From Octopus vulgaris (taxonomy: Eukaryota), in NCBI GenBank assembly GCA_951406725.2, contig OX597827.1, forward strand, positions 50,840,001 through 50,904,000: a stretch of 64,000 nt of DNA, written 5' to 3'. Shown piece by piece: positions 1-12,286 of the stretch (positions are counted from its first letter, which is position 1; every line of letters starts with the position of its first letter). The translations under genes and the position numbers were made by a program. Below the pieces are notes generated by a model, which did no database searches, was not told where the DNA came from, and was given only the letters and a program-made list of their open reading frames with translations.

Positions 1-112
1 GAATAAGTACTGGGCTTACAAAGAATAAGTCCTGGGGTCTATTTGTTCGACTAAAGGCGGTAATCCAGCATGGCCACAGTCAAATGACTGAAACAAGTGA
101 AAGAATGAAAGA
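1..112 (+). mobile_element. 3' end of octopus-type tRNA-derived SINE (family B, microsatellite-containing)
   Basis: gaataagtact...ggggtc...gactaaaggcgg...cagcatggcc...agtcaaatgactgaaacaagt matches the 3' ends of copies at 9.4k, 23.2k, 37.9k and 44.0k. Confidence 0.85.
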
Positions 113-141
113 GTATATATGTATGTATGTATATATGTATG

Positions 142-222
<81 letters not shown>

Positions 223-420
223 ATATAGTTATAGATATATATGTGCGTATTTATAATGTTTATTCTTGTATATATATATGCATATATATATGTGTGTGTG
301 TATGTGTGTACAATACACTCACATACACATATGTACATACACTCCACGAGTTTGTTTTTCACGAAAGTCTCTGAGAGAGAGAGAGAAAGAGAGAGAGACA
401 GAGAGAGAGACAGAGAGAGA
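113..420. repeat. Compound (TA)n/(TATG)n/(GA)n microsatellite
   Basis: Directly visible; source of spurious YIYI/ERER ORFs. Confidence 0.95.
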
Positions 421-886
421 GGATGCTTGTGAGTGCATGTGCGTGTAACAGTAAAGAAACAGTGAATAACTGGAGTTTTTCTTGAATAATCATCCAATCA
501 AAGTGATATCCACTAATCTCAGTTTTCTCCCCACCTTTAATGAATTCTGAAGCCTGGTGTTGTCATTGTGTAAAATGAAAATGAAGTGAAAGAAATGTGA
601 CTGGTGTTTCTTACAGATATTCATCACGGCAACAAACTGAAATAGTTGTAAGAAAATACTGATAATCACTAGACTTATGCAGCTGACACTACTCTATCAT
701 TAATACTTCAGTGAAACCAACCTGTTTGCTAAACCTATTTATCTATATAGTGATTAGCCCATCTATTCAACCATCTGGCGTGTATTTATTTTACCAGCCT
801 CTATCCGTCTTCCATCTACCCAAGTTACCGTCTTACCATATAGTCAGCAAGTTATTCTCGTGCAAGCCATCTCATTAGTTTTACTG

Positions 887-1517
887 TGTATCGTGACCAC
901 GTCGATTGCAGCTACATGTCGGGAGAGAGAAAAGTTCGAACATAGGCTAACATAGAAATCACACTGGAAGAATAACAGTGCAGCGAAAATTACCATGAGA
1001 TGCTGAACGACAGATAGGCGAAGAGAGAGAGAGAGAAAGAAGAGATAAACTGTCAGGAAGGAAGAACAGAACGTCTAGCCAGAACGAGGTATGACTGTAT
1101 TAAGCGATGTTCTACAGCGAGCCTTGTTCCTCGGTGGAACGGTATAGCAACTGAAGGACCGATCACCACATACGCTTCCATACACCACACCAATACTCAT
1201 AGATAACTTCACTTTACATGGACCTCTTTCCTGGCTAATGCATGACTGCATATAGGAAGTAAACGTGAGAGGCTGGTGTATACAGGCAGACTGTTGCAGT
1301 GTTTATCGAGCATCTAAGAATTGTTGGAGAAGGCACGAAGGAAGTAGGATTAAAACAAAAACTGAAAGAGACAGAGATTTCTCTATTAAGGTATTTCTTC
1401 TGTTCGATAGTTTGCACAGGCTTTTAGCGAGATTGTCCCAGCTGTAATATAGAATTAAATTTATATCAGCACCTCAACTCTATACGCCGCCGAATCGTAC
1501 GTAGACAGGCTACTACA
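887..1517 (-). mobile_element. Possible solo LTR
   Basis: TGTA...TACA termini, raised GC, TATA-like and AATACA-like signals on the minus strand; no clean TSD found. Confidence 0.35.
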
Positions 1518-1890
1518 GTTGTTTTCGCTCTGGAAAAAGACAGGGAGGGATATATATACATATTCAGGTCGTTGTCATAGGTGAAAAACACTGGCCCACT
1601 CTGAGAAACCTATCAGTGTTTATAGGAATTGTTACATTGGTGTATATACAGACGGAGACACGGATAAATTCAGTGATGGAGCTACCGACTGTCAGCCAGT
1701 CGGGGCTACTTCTGACAACAAAAACGAACAAAATCGGTAAGAATCTCTTCTCATTTTCAAATCCAATATTCTATTTCATAAAATTTAATAAATTTTCGAC
1801 ATTTACTGCAACTTCGATGTCTGTTCTTCTCTATTTTGAATGGAAGCGTAATAGCTGTTATTTAACTGTCCCAGGACCTTAAACTGGCGC

Positions 1891-1980
<90 letters not shown>

Positions 1981-2060
1981 CACACATACACGCACACACA
2001 CACACACACACACACATACACACACACATACACACACATACACACACATGTACACATGCA
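1891..2060. repeat. (GATA)n + (CA)n microsatellite
   Basis: Directly visible. Confidence 0.95.
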
Positions 2061-2560
2061 CAGTGATACATACAGATTACTATACATACATTGACAGGTG
2101 GTTGGTCGTGATCAGGAAGAGAGCTGAAATAAATAAAGAAAATGACAAGTGGGTGTTAACGTAAATGGATGGGTGGGAGATGAAGCGAATGAATGGCCGA
2201 TTGGGTCTAATTATTAACTTTTATTTTGTTCACAAATATTTTGTTATTTTTTTTCTTGCTGGTTCAAATTTATACCACATTTATATCTATATTTTCCTTT
2301 AATGGCTTTTTTGGCACCAGTCGAGGCCCGGGTTGTCATTATTGTAAGCAAAATCCATTGATAAAAGGAACGGGCCATTTTAATTAAGTTCCGTTTCCAC
2401 AGATAATTAATTTCATCTGTCTGTTTTTCTACTGACTTCATTAATTACTATACTCGTACACCAGGATTAAACAGTTCAATTATGACTGATTGAAGCTGAA
2501 ATTTCATGTACAATTATGTCTTTATATGGGCCGGTCTTATAAATGTTCATAAATATAGTG

Positions 2561-2612
<52 letters not shown>

Positions 2613-2818
2613 AAACAGACACATGCAGACACTCACACATGCATATGAAAAAGTGAGAACGATATATAAGAATGACCACCTGGTGGAACACTATACAAAA
2701 CTACAGGCAATTATGTGCACGCTTATACACGACCATACGGACAAATACACACGTATTAAATCATTCAAACTCACACAGAACACAGTCCTACAGTTCACCT
2801 ACGCACATATACATATAC

Positions 2819-2893
<75 letters not shown>

Positions 2894-3000
2894 TGTGTTT
2901 GATTGCAGAAGAAAGAAAAGGAGCACTCAATACATTTCTCAAGGTTTATATGTATTGTTAGCAGCACAAGATTCACTCGTTCGCTACACGCCACGTGCGG

Positions 3001-3145
3001 GGGCGATCCTTCGGTATTGGTATACAATGTGTCGGTATGAGGAGACGACGTCATTCACACTCTTTTTCAGACTAGCCTCTTTATCTGTCATGGGAGAAGG
3101 TTGTGAGGGTGAATGACGTCGTCAACCAATACCGAAAGATTGCCC
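3001..3145. repeat. Nested GC-rich inverted repeat (long hairpin with asymmetric bulge)
   Basis: gggcgatccttcggtattggt (3001-3021) pairs with accaataccgaaagattgccc (3125-3145); gacgacgtcattcac (3044-3058) pairs with gtgaatgacgtcgtc (3109-3123). Confidence 0.8.
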
Positions 3146-3794
3146 GGACGTCGAGGGTATTCAGGCATCTCTAAAAACAAAGAATAACATTCTATATGCT
3201 ATAGATTTTATTGTTGATCCAAGGCTGGATCAAAGGCTCGGCATGCCGTCGCTGGTTTTACCTTTGTTGATTGAAGGCCTGCACGTCCACACCGGCCATC
3301 TGTGAGTTGCGGTTCTACCGGCATGTAGGTGAAATTTTAATGCAGAACGCAAAAAACTGATACCAGGAGGCATTCAAAGCCCCAAAAATTTCACCACACC
3401 ATCTATTTCAACTTGTACTTTATTTTATCGATCCCGAAAATTACCCTGGTGAGTGAGTTTACAATCAGAGCGCAAATAATCGAAATTAATACCGCAAGGT
3501 ATTCTGTCCAATCTCGTAACGATCCTATCAAATCGAGGTTTTTGCGTGCTGTATGTATGCATGTACAGGGGCAGAGAGAGGGAAAGCATATATGTAGGAA
3601 CATAGGAATTGATCAAACATACTTTTGGACTATACACATAAGCACACATTACACACGCGCACACACACGGCACTCAAGAACAAACTATAAGCACACTACA
3701 TCGTTTAACCGAAACAGTTGTATACACACACAGACACACACACACCATCCGATGAGTTGGACGAGTTTTACGCGTCCACGAAACTTAAACATGT

Positions 3795-4023
3795 GGAGCT
3801 GAGCTGGCAGAAACGTTAGCACCTCGGGCGAAATGCGTAGTCGTATTTCGTCTGCCGTTAGGTTCTGAGTTCAAATTCCGCCGAGGTCCACTCTGCCTTT
3901 CATCCTTTCGGGGTCGATAAATTAAGTACCAGTTCATTGGGGTCGATGTAATCGACTTAATCCGTTTGTCTGTCCTTGTTTGTCCCCTCTGTGTTTAGCC
4001 CACTGTGGGCAATAAAGAAATAA
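3795..4023 (+). mobile_element. tRNA-derived SINE family A (Nin/Deu-like core)
   Basis: A-box-like gagctggcagaaacgttagc, B-box-like gagttcaaattcc, core gcctttcatcctttcggggtcgataaattaagtacc; several copies in the window. Confidence 0.85.
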
Positions 4024-4895
4024 TTATTAAGTGTGTGAGGGTGTGTGTCTGTGTGTATGTGTGTGTCTGCACGAAGTCCCTGATTTATACTACTGCGTCG
4101 CATCACGAGTAGATGTCAGTTTCTATACCTTCGGATCGACCCACTCCCTTGTGAGTGAAACTCGGCAGATAGTCGAGGGGACTGAATCAGTTATTCAAAT
4201 ATCCAGACCCTGTCATCTCATGTGACACACAGATTCCGCATGAGGATTATTTAATGGACAAACAATTCAGCTGATCGAAAAAAAAGGAAAACACATCGAC
4301 TACCGACAGAGAAGCATCCATGTATGTATGCATGTATGTATGTATGTATGTGTGTATGTATGTATGTATGTATGTATGTATGTATGTATGCATGTATGTA
4401 TGTGTGTATGTATGAATGTATGAATGTGTGTACGAACGTATGTATGTATATATGCATGCATGTAAGTATGTATACATGTATGTTTATTTATGTGCGTGTC
4501 TGTATATAAATATAAATTTATGTACATGTATATACGAGTCCAGTGCGTGTACACATGCAATATATATATATATATTAATAAATAAAACGTATGCATATAT
4601 ATATACATATATGTACGTACCTACCTCTACATGTATATATACACGCATATATAAGTACAGGACACCAAAAAAACGTCGAACACAATGAGAAACGAAAACA
4701 TAGACATAAACCCAAGGAACTGGACATTTTTTTAAACAACAAAAAAATAGAGTACAGGACAATTAACACAAAGAAAAAACCCCTTCTTCAGTCGCCATGG
4801 TTTCATCTACTCTATAATATTTTTTAGGGAATAAAAATTCCGGCATAACAGAGGTTCAAATTATTCTCAATGAAGAAATATATTTTAATTTAGAG

Positions 4896-5007
4896 ATAGT
4901 AGACCCCTACATATCACCAAATAAAAAGAATTTTCATTTTTATTTTTTAAAATATTTTATTTAAAATAGAAATAAGAATTCTTTTTATTTGGTGAGATGT
5001 AGGGGTC

Positions 5008-5013
<6 letters not shown>
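4896..5013. repeat. 37-bp-arm fold-back palindrome abutting (TA)n
   Basis: atagtagacccctacatatcaccaaataaaaagaatt ... aattctttttatttggtgagatgtaggggtctactat (one mismatch). Confidence 0.85.
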
Positions 5014-5048
<35 letters not shown>

Positions 5049-5079
5049 TTTTAAAACAAAATATATGAAGGGGGGAAGA

Positions 5080-5126
<47 letters not shown>

Positions 5127-5468
5127 TGTAAACTTAGCATTACTTGCTAAGTAATTAAACTGCGTTTTCTTCTGCTGTCCCAAAGGAAGCGAGATATTCT
5201 CCCCAGAGTTGAAAGAATCGAAACGTTATGGCGTGTTCTGAATGACCAGACAACTGTGTGTGCGCGCGTGTGTGTATGTGTGTGTGTGGGTGTGTGTGTG
5301 TGTTTGGTTTGTATGAATGCCAGTGTATGTACCTACCTATATATGTGTGCATCTATGTAAGTATGTATGTATGTATCTATGTATGTATGTATGTGTCTGT
5401 ATATGCCTGTGTGAATGTACGTACATATATATACATAAATGTATACATACATATATATATATATATAC

Positions 5469-5505
<37 letters not shown>

Positions 5506-5755
5506 CAGAGAGAGAGAGAGAGATATTTATATATACACATTCCAGTTTCTCCTCCCTTCACTGCCTTATTCCCAAGGAAGACAATCTTCACAACGTTATT
5601 ATATTTAACTTTCCATTTCTCTGTGAAAGAAGCTAAAAACTTTTTTGATGAACTTATTTGTCACATCTTGTAATTTGTCTTTTTTTGTGTGTAACTATTT
5701 TCTTTTAGCTCTTCGTCATATATCAACATACTCCCGCACACACACACACACATAT

Positions 5756-5845
<90 letters not shown>

Positions 5846-5847
<2 letters not shown>

Positions 5848-5930
5848 TTATTTTATAGAAGGAGCTTCTACAGGACTAGAACTGTTTCATTCAAAAGAAA
5901 TCATCAGGAAGCTCCTTCTATAAAATAAAT
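5846..5930 (-). ncRNA. Type I hammerhead ribozyme motif with intact core, within a (TA)n-embedded mini-element
   Basis: Minus strand: 23-bp perfect helix I - CUGAUGA - u uuc uuuu gaa u - GAAA - cag uucuaguc cug - UA - helix I; GUA cleavage triplet. Confidence 0.85.
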
Positions 5931-5994
5931 TAATTTACTCTGCTATGTATTGAGTACCTTATTTACTGTGGTTAACCCCGACTCAACCCGAGAC

Positions 5995-6075
<81 letters not shown>

Positions 6076-6294
6076 ACAATTGAGGGTAAAATTAATTAAT
6101 TAATCAATTTCACCAAGTGTTCAGTATGTAAAAGGACCATTTAAGGCGAATTCAAAATATTACATTATATAATTAGGGCTTAGTAAAATAAAGAGAGAAA
6201 TTTTCTGAGAGAAATTTTCTTTAAGTAGTAGAAATGCTAAGAAAATTTTTTTGGGCTGCTATTTCTACTAAGTTCAGTATGTGGGAAAGTAATT

Positions 6295-6335
<41 letters not shown>

Positions 6336-6367
6336 AATATATATATATACACATATCTGTATATCTG

Positions 6368-6412
<45 letters not shown>

Positions 6413-6425
6413 GTATATCTGTATA

Positions 6426-6516
<91 letters not shown>

Positions 6517-6882
6517 GTTGCTGTGTGTTTGTATGTGTGTGTGTGTGTGCGTTGTATGTATGTGATGGTATAAGGCGAGGAACAAAAGCAAAATACCCAA
6601 AAATGGCAGAAATATTTTACAATCAAAAACCTTAGAGTTGATTAGAGGCGCGCGCACGCACACACACTCACAGACACACACACACACAAGCATACATACA
6701 CATACATAAACATACACACACTCACACAAACATACACACACACACTCACACAAACATACACACACACACATATCTACATATATACACACATATACGCATA
6801 TGTGAATATATATACACATACATTTACATACATATGTTAATTATGTCCTTCTATATACGTTTATGTATACAGGCCTCATTCG

Positions 6883-7094
6883 AAAAGAGATGACAAAGGA
6901 ATAAGCGATTACCTTATGAACTCCATCTTAGCCTCAAGAATGGAGTTCAAATAGCACTTCATATTTGAGACTCCTATGAAGTTATAAAGTGTTACTCAGT
7001 CACTCAACTATGAGAAAACTGCATCTAATACCGGAAACAGCTGTAAGCCTATACTGTTCACAAGATAATCGCTTATTCTTCTGTCATCTCTTTT
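6883..7094 (+). mobile_element. PLE-type mini-element: 39-bp inverted arms enclosing a variant hammerhead-like motif
   Basis: Arms 6883-6921/7056-7094 (35/39 match); agact-CCTATGA...GAAA-cagctg-TA-agcct with palindromic helix III. Confidence 0.5.
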
Positions 7095-8821
7095 TCTTCT
7101 TACCACTCTGTACTAATACCTTTGCAGAATTTTTTTTTTAATCACATACATACACCTGAAACAGTAAAGATTTTGTGTAACGATAGTATGATAACGGATA
7201 GTTGATACACAATAGGATGGAATGTCGGCGTCGTTATCAGTTTGCAAGGATTGGTTCTTCGTTGATTGCCATTATGTAAAGATGAAAGAGCAGTGATTGG
7301 AGTTGTGAAGAAAATATTTACTTGTTACCGTTACATTTACCGGGCAGATGATAAAATCCTAGAGCAGGCGAAGTAAAATAGTTAATTTCGACCTTTATGT
7401 TCTTATTGTAGTACTAAACCATAGAGAGAGATATGGTAATGTGCAGAGAAGAGAAAGTGAGTTTGGGAAAGTGAGAGAGTGTGGGACGAAGCAACTGCTC
7501 CGTTGATAAGTAACCATAGTTGTTCTCTTTGTGCCCTTTTCTTTAGAGACGGCGTTTGTTTAGCCTGTCAGCCAGACTCCGTTCTCACTGAATTGTCACC
7601 AAACTGATTTTTGCTTGTGGTTCTTGTTTTTATAACTATCCAGAAGGATAGACATATCGTTGAGAACAATGGATTTAGTTGGTGGTCTTGCTTTCATGGT
7701 TCTAGCTTTTGGTGAAATAGAAGAGGTTCGAAAGGTCAAGTGGTGAAGACATTATTTCGGCCTAGCTAAAGCATCTGGAAAATGTAAAACTGCTGTTACA
7801 GAAAAAACCATTGTTCCACCGTGAGAAAAGTTCTGTTGAAGTGTTAATTTAAATTTGGCTATAGTGGATCGAATCCAGTTCATGTCTGCAATGATTCCCT
7901 AAACACCTGTACCTCTTTGTTACTCACTTATATTTTATTCACCTATCCTGGAATCTACGCTCCGTAAATATTTTACACAGTATTTTTAATATCAATAGCT
8001 AAGAGGACATGAATAGCTAAGAGAGGATTTCTTCATTCAGCTGATTATCTGCAGACACTGCAAGAATATCGCGTGGCCGGCACTTATGCACCAAGGCTGA
8101 AATACACTTAATATTGTTGACCACTCAGACCTAACAAGGTGTCTCAATTTAAGTGCCTAATTCAACTGAATCTTGTGTTTTATATTTATATATATTAATA
8201 GTTATCGCCAAGCTAATATGGCAGTCCATAAATATAGGACGAAAGCTGCTGTTGATTAGCTCCAAGAGGCCATCGCCTCTACCTAGCTATATGACACACG
8301 AACCTGTATCCATTATAACCTTCGAACAGGGGAGCTCAGCCGCTTCCCCTTGCTGGTCAGGCATCAGCTGCCGAAACATTATCACCTGCTCTTTATGAGG
8401 ATCCTTCCTCTGAAGGGCCGTATATACAGTATTTATTTTTACTTGTTTCAGCCCGAGAGGTACTGCCATACATGAGCGCCGTCATTAACCTTGCTACACT
8501 TTTAATACTTGAAACCTCCTTTGATATGTGACATTTAGTGAATGAGGGAGTTTGACGTTGTTGACCTCAAGGTAGGTTCGTCCAAAACTCTTGAGGGGGA
8601 AATCCAGTTTTGTTTTGAAAATACCTACATCCATGCCATGTAAGTTTCACAATCTTTTAAAGAAGATATTGAAAAGCTGTGGGTCCTTGATACCCAACCT
8701 ATTGCAGTATCTGATCCTGTATCCTGACGGCAATGCTGGAATCTTTGGTAGTATGTATAAGAAGTTAGCTTCCTAATCACACGACTCCGGATTCAGCGCT
8801 ATGCAGTGGGGCTGAATCCGG

Positions 8822-8968
8822 AACCATCATTTACTTGTTTCAGTCATTTGACTGCGGTCATACTGAAGCATTGCCATGAAGCATTTTTGGTTAATAGAAT
8901 CGACCCTAGTACTTATTTTTGGAGTCTGGTACTTATTCTATTGATCTCTTTTACCAGCCGCTAAGTTA
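8822..8968 (-). mobile_element. SINE family B, 3' fragment
   Basis: ttacttgtttcagtcatttgactgcgg...tacttattctat is the reverse complement of the family B tail. Confidence 0.75.
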
Positions 8969-8982
8969 TATATATATATACA

Positions 8983-9170
8983 TAATTGGTTTCATGCTAC
9001 TTAATAAAATGAAGTAGCATGAAACGATTGTACTACTCTACCTTGGATATACTTGTTGTTTATTTTGATTATAATCACCCCATTTGATTTATATGGGTAA
9101 TACCATACAAAATTCTGGTGCCTTTAACTTAAGTACCATATTCATCTGAATCTAAATTTTGCTGAACTTA
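8983..9170 (+). mobile_element. (TA)n-embedded PLE-type mini-element with hammerhead 3' half; second copy at 62487-62670
   Basis: Reverse complement matches 62487-62605 (agttcagcaaaatttagattca...gattataatcaaa); hairpin atgctactt/aagtagcat followed by GAAA-cgattg-TA. Confidence 0.6.
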
Positions 9171-9248
9171 TATATATATATATATATAAATATATATATA
9201 ATATAATATAATATAATATATATATACATACATACACACACAGAGATA

Positions 9249-9290
<42 letters not shown>

Positions 9291-9295
9291 CATAT

Positions 9296-9352
<57 letters not shown>

Positions 9353-9377
9353 CATATATATGTATGTATGTATATGT

Positions 9378-9748
9378 AGGCGCAAGCGTAGCTGTGTGAT
9401 AAGAAGCTAACTTCCCAACCACATGGTTCCGGGTTCAGTCCCTCCTCTTCTAGAGTATCAGGCCGACCAAAGCTTTGTGAGTGAATATGGTAGACGAAAA
9501 GTGAACGAAGCTCGTCGTGTGTGTATGTTTGTGTGTGCATGCGTGCGCGTGTGTGTATCGGTGTCTGTGTTAGTCCCCCCCCCTACCATTGCTTGACAAC
9601 TGATGTTGATATGTTTACGTGCCCGTAACTTAGCGGTTCTGCAAAAGTGGCCGATAGAATAAGTACTGGGGGCGATTTCTTCAGCTAAAAAACCCTTTAT
9701 GGCGGTGCTCTAGCATGGCCGCACTCAAAAAGACTGAAACAAGTAGAA
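9378..9748 (+). mobile_element. SINE family B, near full length
   Basis: ggcgcaagcgtagctgtgtg head, ggttccgggttcagtccc B-box-like motif, central (GT)n, family 3' tail. Confidence 0.85.
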
Positions 9749-9785
9749 TATATATATGTGCACACACACACAGTATAAAAAGAAA

Positions 9786-10090
9786 GGTAGGTAGGTAGTT
9801 AGGTCGGTCAGTCGATCGGTCGGTCGGTCGGTCGGTCGGTCGGTCGGTAGGTCGGTCGGTAGGTCGGTAGGTAGGTAGGTAGGTAGGTAGGTAGGTAGGT
9901 AGGTAGGTAGGTAGGTAGGTAGGTAGGTCGGTAAGTCGATCGGTCGGTCGGTCGGTCGGTCGGTCGGTTGGTCGGTCGGACGGTCGGTCGGTCGGTCGGT
10001 CGGTCGGTCGGTAGGTAGGTAGGTAGGTAGGTAGGTAGGTAGGTAGGTAGGTAGGTAGGTAGGTAGGTAGGTTGGTAGGTAGATAGGTAG
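9786..10090. repeat. Alternating (GGTA)n/(GGTC)n compound microsatellite
   Basis: Directly visible; the block pattern including gtcgatcgg occurs twice. Confidence 0.95.
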
Positions 10091-10534
10091 GGATAGTAAT
10101 ATGGGGTTGTGAAGAAAACGTCATGTATCACGGAGAAGACCGTCTGTTAATAGAATACTGTCGAATGATGGGGTAAAGTAAAAGTGAATGTGAAAGAAGG
10201 AATCTGGGACTGGTGAATTTTTTAATCTGGTCTATTTATAGCTCCCTCATCATTTATTGAATTTCTTCAGCTAAAGCTGTTTAGGGATCAGTGGGTGGAG
10301 GTGAGTTTGAAAATGTCTATGAACTGACTGTGAAAGTAACGCACGTGAAATAGTGAAATACTCACTGCAAGAATTCCCTTCAATCGATCTCTTCTCAAAC
10401 ATATAAACAAGGGACTCTCATACACTCGTATTTAAACACACAGACACAAGAGAATATATTTTGGGAATTACTTTCATCCAGACATAGCTACACACATACT
10501 CAAATTCAAATCCACGTGTACATTTACATGCAAG

Positions 10535-11194
10535 TGATCATGTTAAATTTCTTCCGACCACTTGAAGTATTTCAAATTTTCGCAAGATTTTTCCAAATTT
10601 TCTACTGTGATTTAACTTCTATATTATTAACGTCTAGAAAAAAAAATTAATGCAATTTTCGTCATCAGCATGCAAAACATTTTTGGGGTCTTTTCGGTTT
10701 GAACGGCAGTTTTTTCTAGCGGTGTCATATGAGATTGTCACACATAATTATGACCCTAGTATCGATCTATTGCATTTCAATCTCTTTTAGGGTTAGGGTT
10801 AGTTAGGGTTAGCTAGGGTTAGGGTTAGGGTTAGTGGTGGGGGGAAGGGTATCTTTTTTTCTTCACAAATGTAAATAAACCCAATCTGTTTCTTAAACGA
10901 GGGACATATTCATACGGCACAGAATAGACGTCACTGATTGGTTGAAATTGCAGAAATTGAAGAAAAAAACAACAAATATCTTACAAACTATAGAAATTTC
11001 TGAATAAAGCCAAGAGAAAAAGATGTTTTATAAACATATTCTACCAGTATACGAAGTTTAAAATTTTTTAACTACCTAAAAATTATGTTAAAAACTGCCG
11101 TTCAAACCGAAAAGATCCCTTCTTTTTTTTTTTTCAAATAACGTGGAGAAAATTTGAAATATATCAAGTTGTTGGAAGAAATTTCACAAGATCC
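10535..11194. mobile_element. Older MITE with ~48-bp TIRs, hosting the nested TTAGGG MITE
   Basis: gatcatgttaaatttcttccgaccacttgaagtatttcaaattttc vs gaaaatttgaaatatatcaagttgttggaagaaatttcacaagatc; flanks catgcaag/catactag (6/8 TSD-like). Confidence 0.65.
10686..11118 (+). mobile_element. Merlin-like MITE copy 1 with internal TTAGGG array
   Basis: TIR gggtcttttcggtttgaacggcagttttt / aaaaactgccgttcaaaccgaaaagatcc; TTAGGG array at 10787-10834; TSD degenerate. Confidence 0.9.
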
Positions 11195-11547
11195 CATACT
11201 AGATTCAGAACCACATTCATTCATTTATTCTCATACTCAACTTTGTTTATAGCTGCATCTGACGAATCTACACAAATATACATTGCGAACTTCCACGGAA
11301 TGATAACGGAGTTTATGAAATTATAATTGGGTGCCCCTCTTGCATTTTTTAAGGTCATTCGCGACACTATAATGTGAAGTGACAGCAAGTTGGATTCTAA
11401 ACCTAGTTTGAAATTCAAACTTTATTGGTATTAACAGACAAACAAATGGACAGATTGATGAATGGATGGATGGATGGATTTGGGTAGGTGGGTGAGTTAG
11501 GCAATATAAGCAGAATATCATTGTTAATGTAGAATATTAACATTATG

Positions 11548-11765
11548 TAGCGGGCTGGCAGAATCGTTGGCCCACCGGACAAAATGCTTAGCGGCATTTC
11601 GACTGTTCCTACGTTCTGAGTTCAAATTCCACCGAAGTCGACTTTACCTTTCATCCTTTCCGGGTCGATAAATTAAGTACAAGTTGTGCACTGGGGAGCG
11701 AAATAATCGACTTAGCCCCTCTCCGAAATCGCTGACCTTGGGCCAAAATTTGAAATCAGTATTAG
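11548..11765 (+). mobile_element. SINE family A
   Basis: gggctggcagaatcgttg...gagttcaaattcc...cctttcatcctttcc.ggtcgataaattaagtac. Confidence 0.85.
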
Positions 11766-12211
11766 ATAGCATATAACGCCAAAGTTAACTTTGCGTTTTC
11801 GGCCTGGAAACGATAATGCAAGGTACCAGTCAATTATTGGAGTCGATTAAATCTGTGGTAGCACTGTCGATAGTAAGATTTAAAATCGTTAAAGTTCCTT
11901 TCGTGCCGAAGTTGATTCTTTGTTCCCCTTTCATCCCTCCAGAGATCGATAACTTAAGATCCAGTAATATTATTACTTAGATTTCATGAACAATAAATTC
12001 CCTCTTCTTACAAAATAGTTCCACGTTAGGGAAAATAAGGAAATCTTTTTCCATACAAATATGTACAAACACATGCATACATACATGCATGCATGCTCGC
12101 ACGCACACACACACACACACACATGCTCACACGCACACACACACACGTATATATATATATAGATAGATATATAGATAGATATATGTATGTATGTATATAC
12201 GTATGTATGTA

Positions 12212-12280
<69 letters not shown>

Positions 12281-12286
12281 TATATA

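Noticed and set aside
7176-7800. LTR bounded by tgtaac...gttaca
   Set aside because: Two alternative right ends and no matching TSD
10787-10834. TTAGGG array as a chromosome end or fusion scar
   Set aside because: It is internal to a MITE present four times in the window
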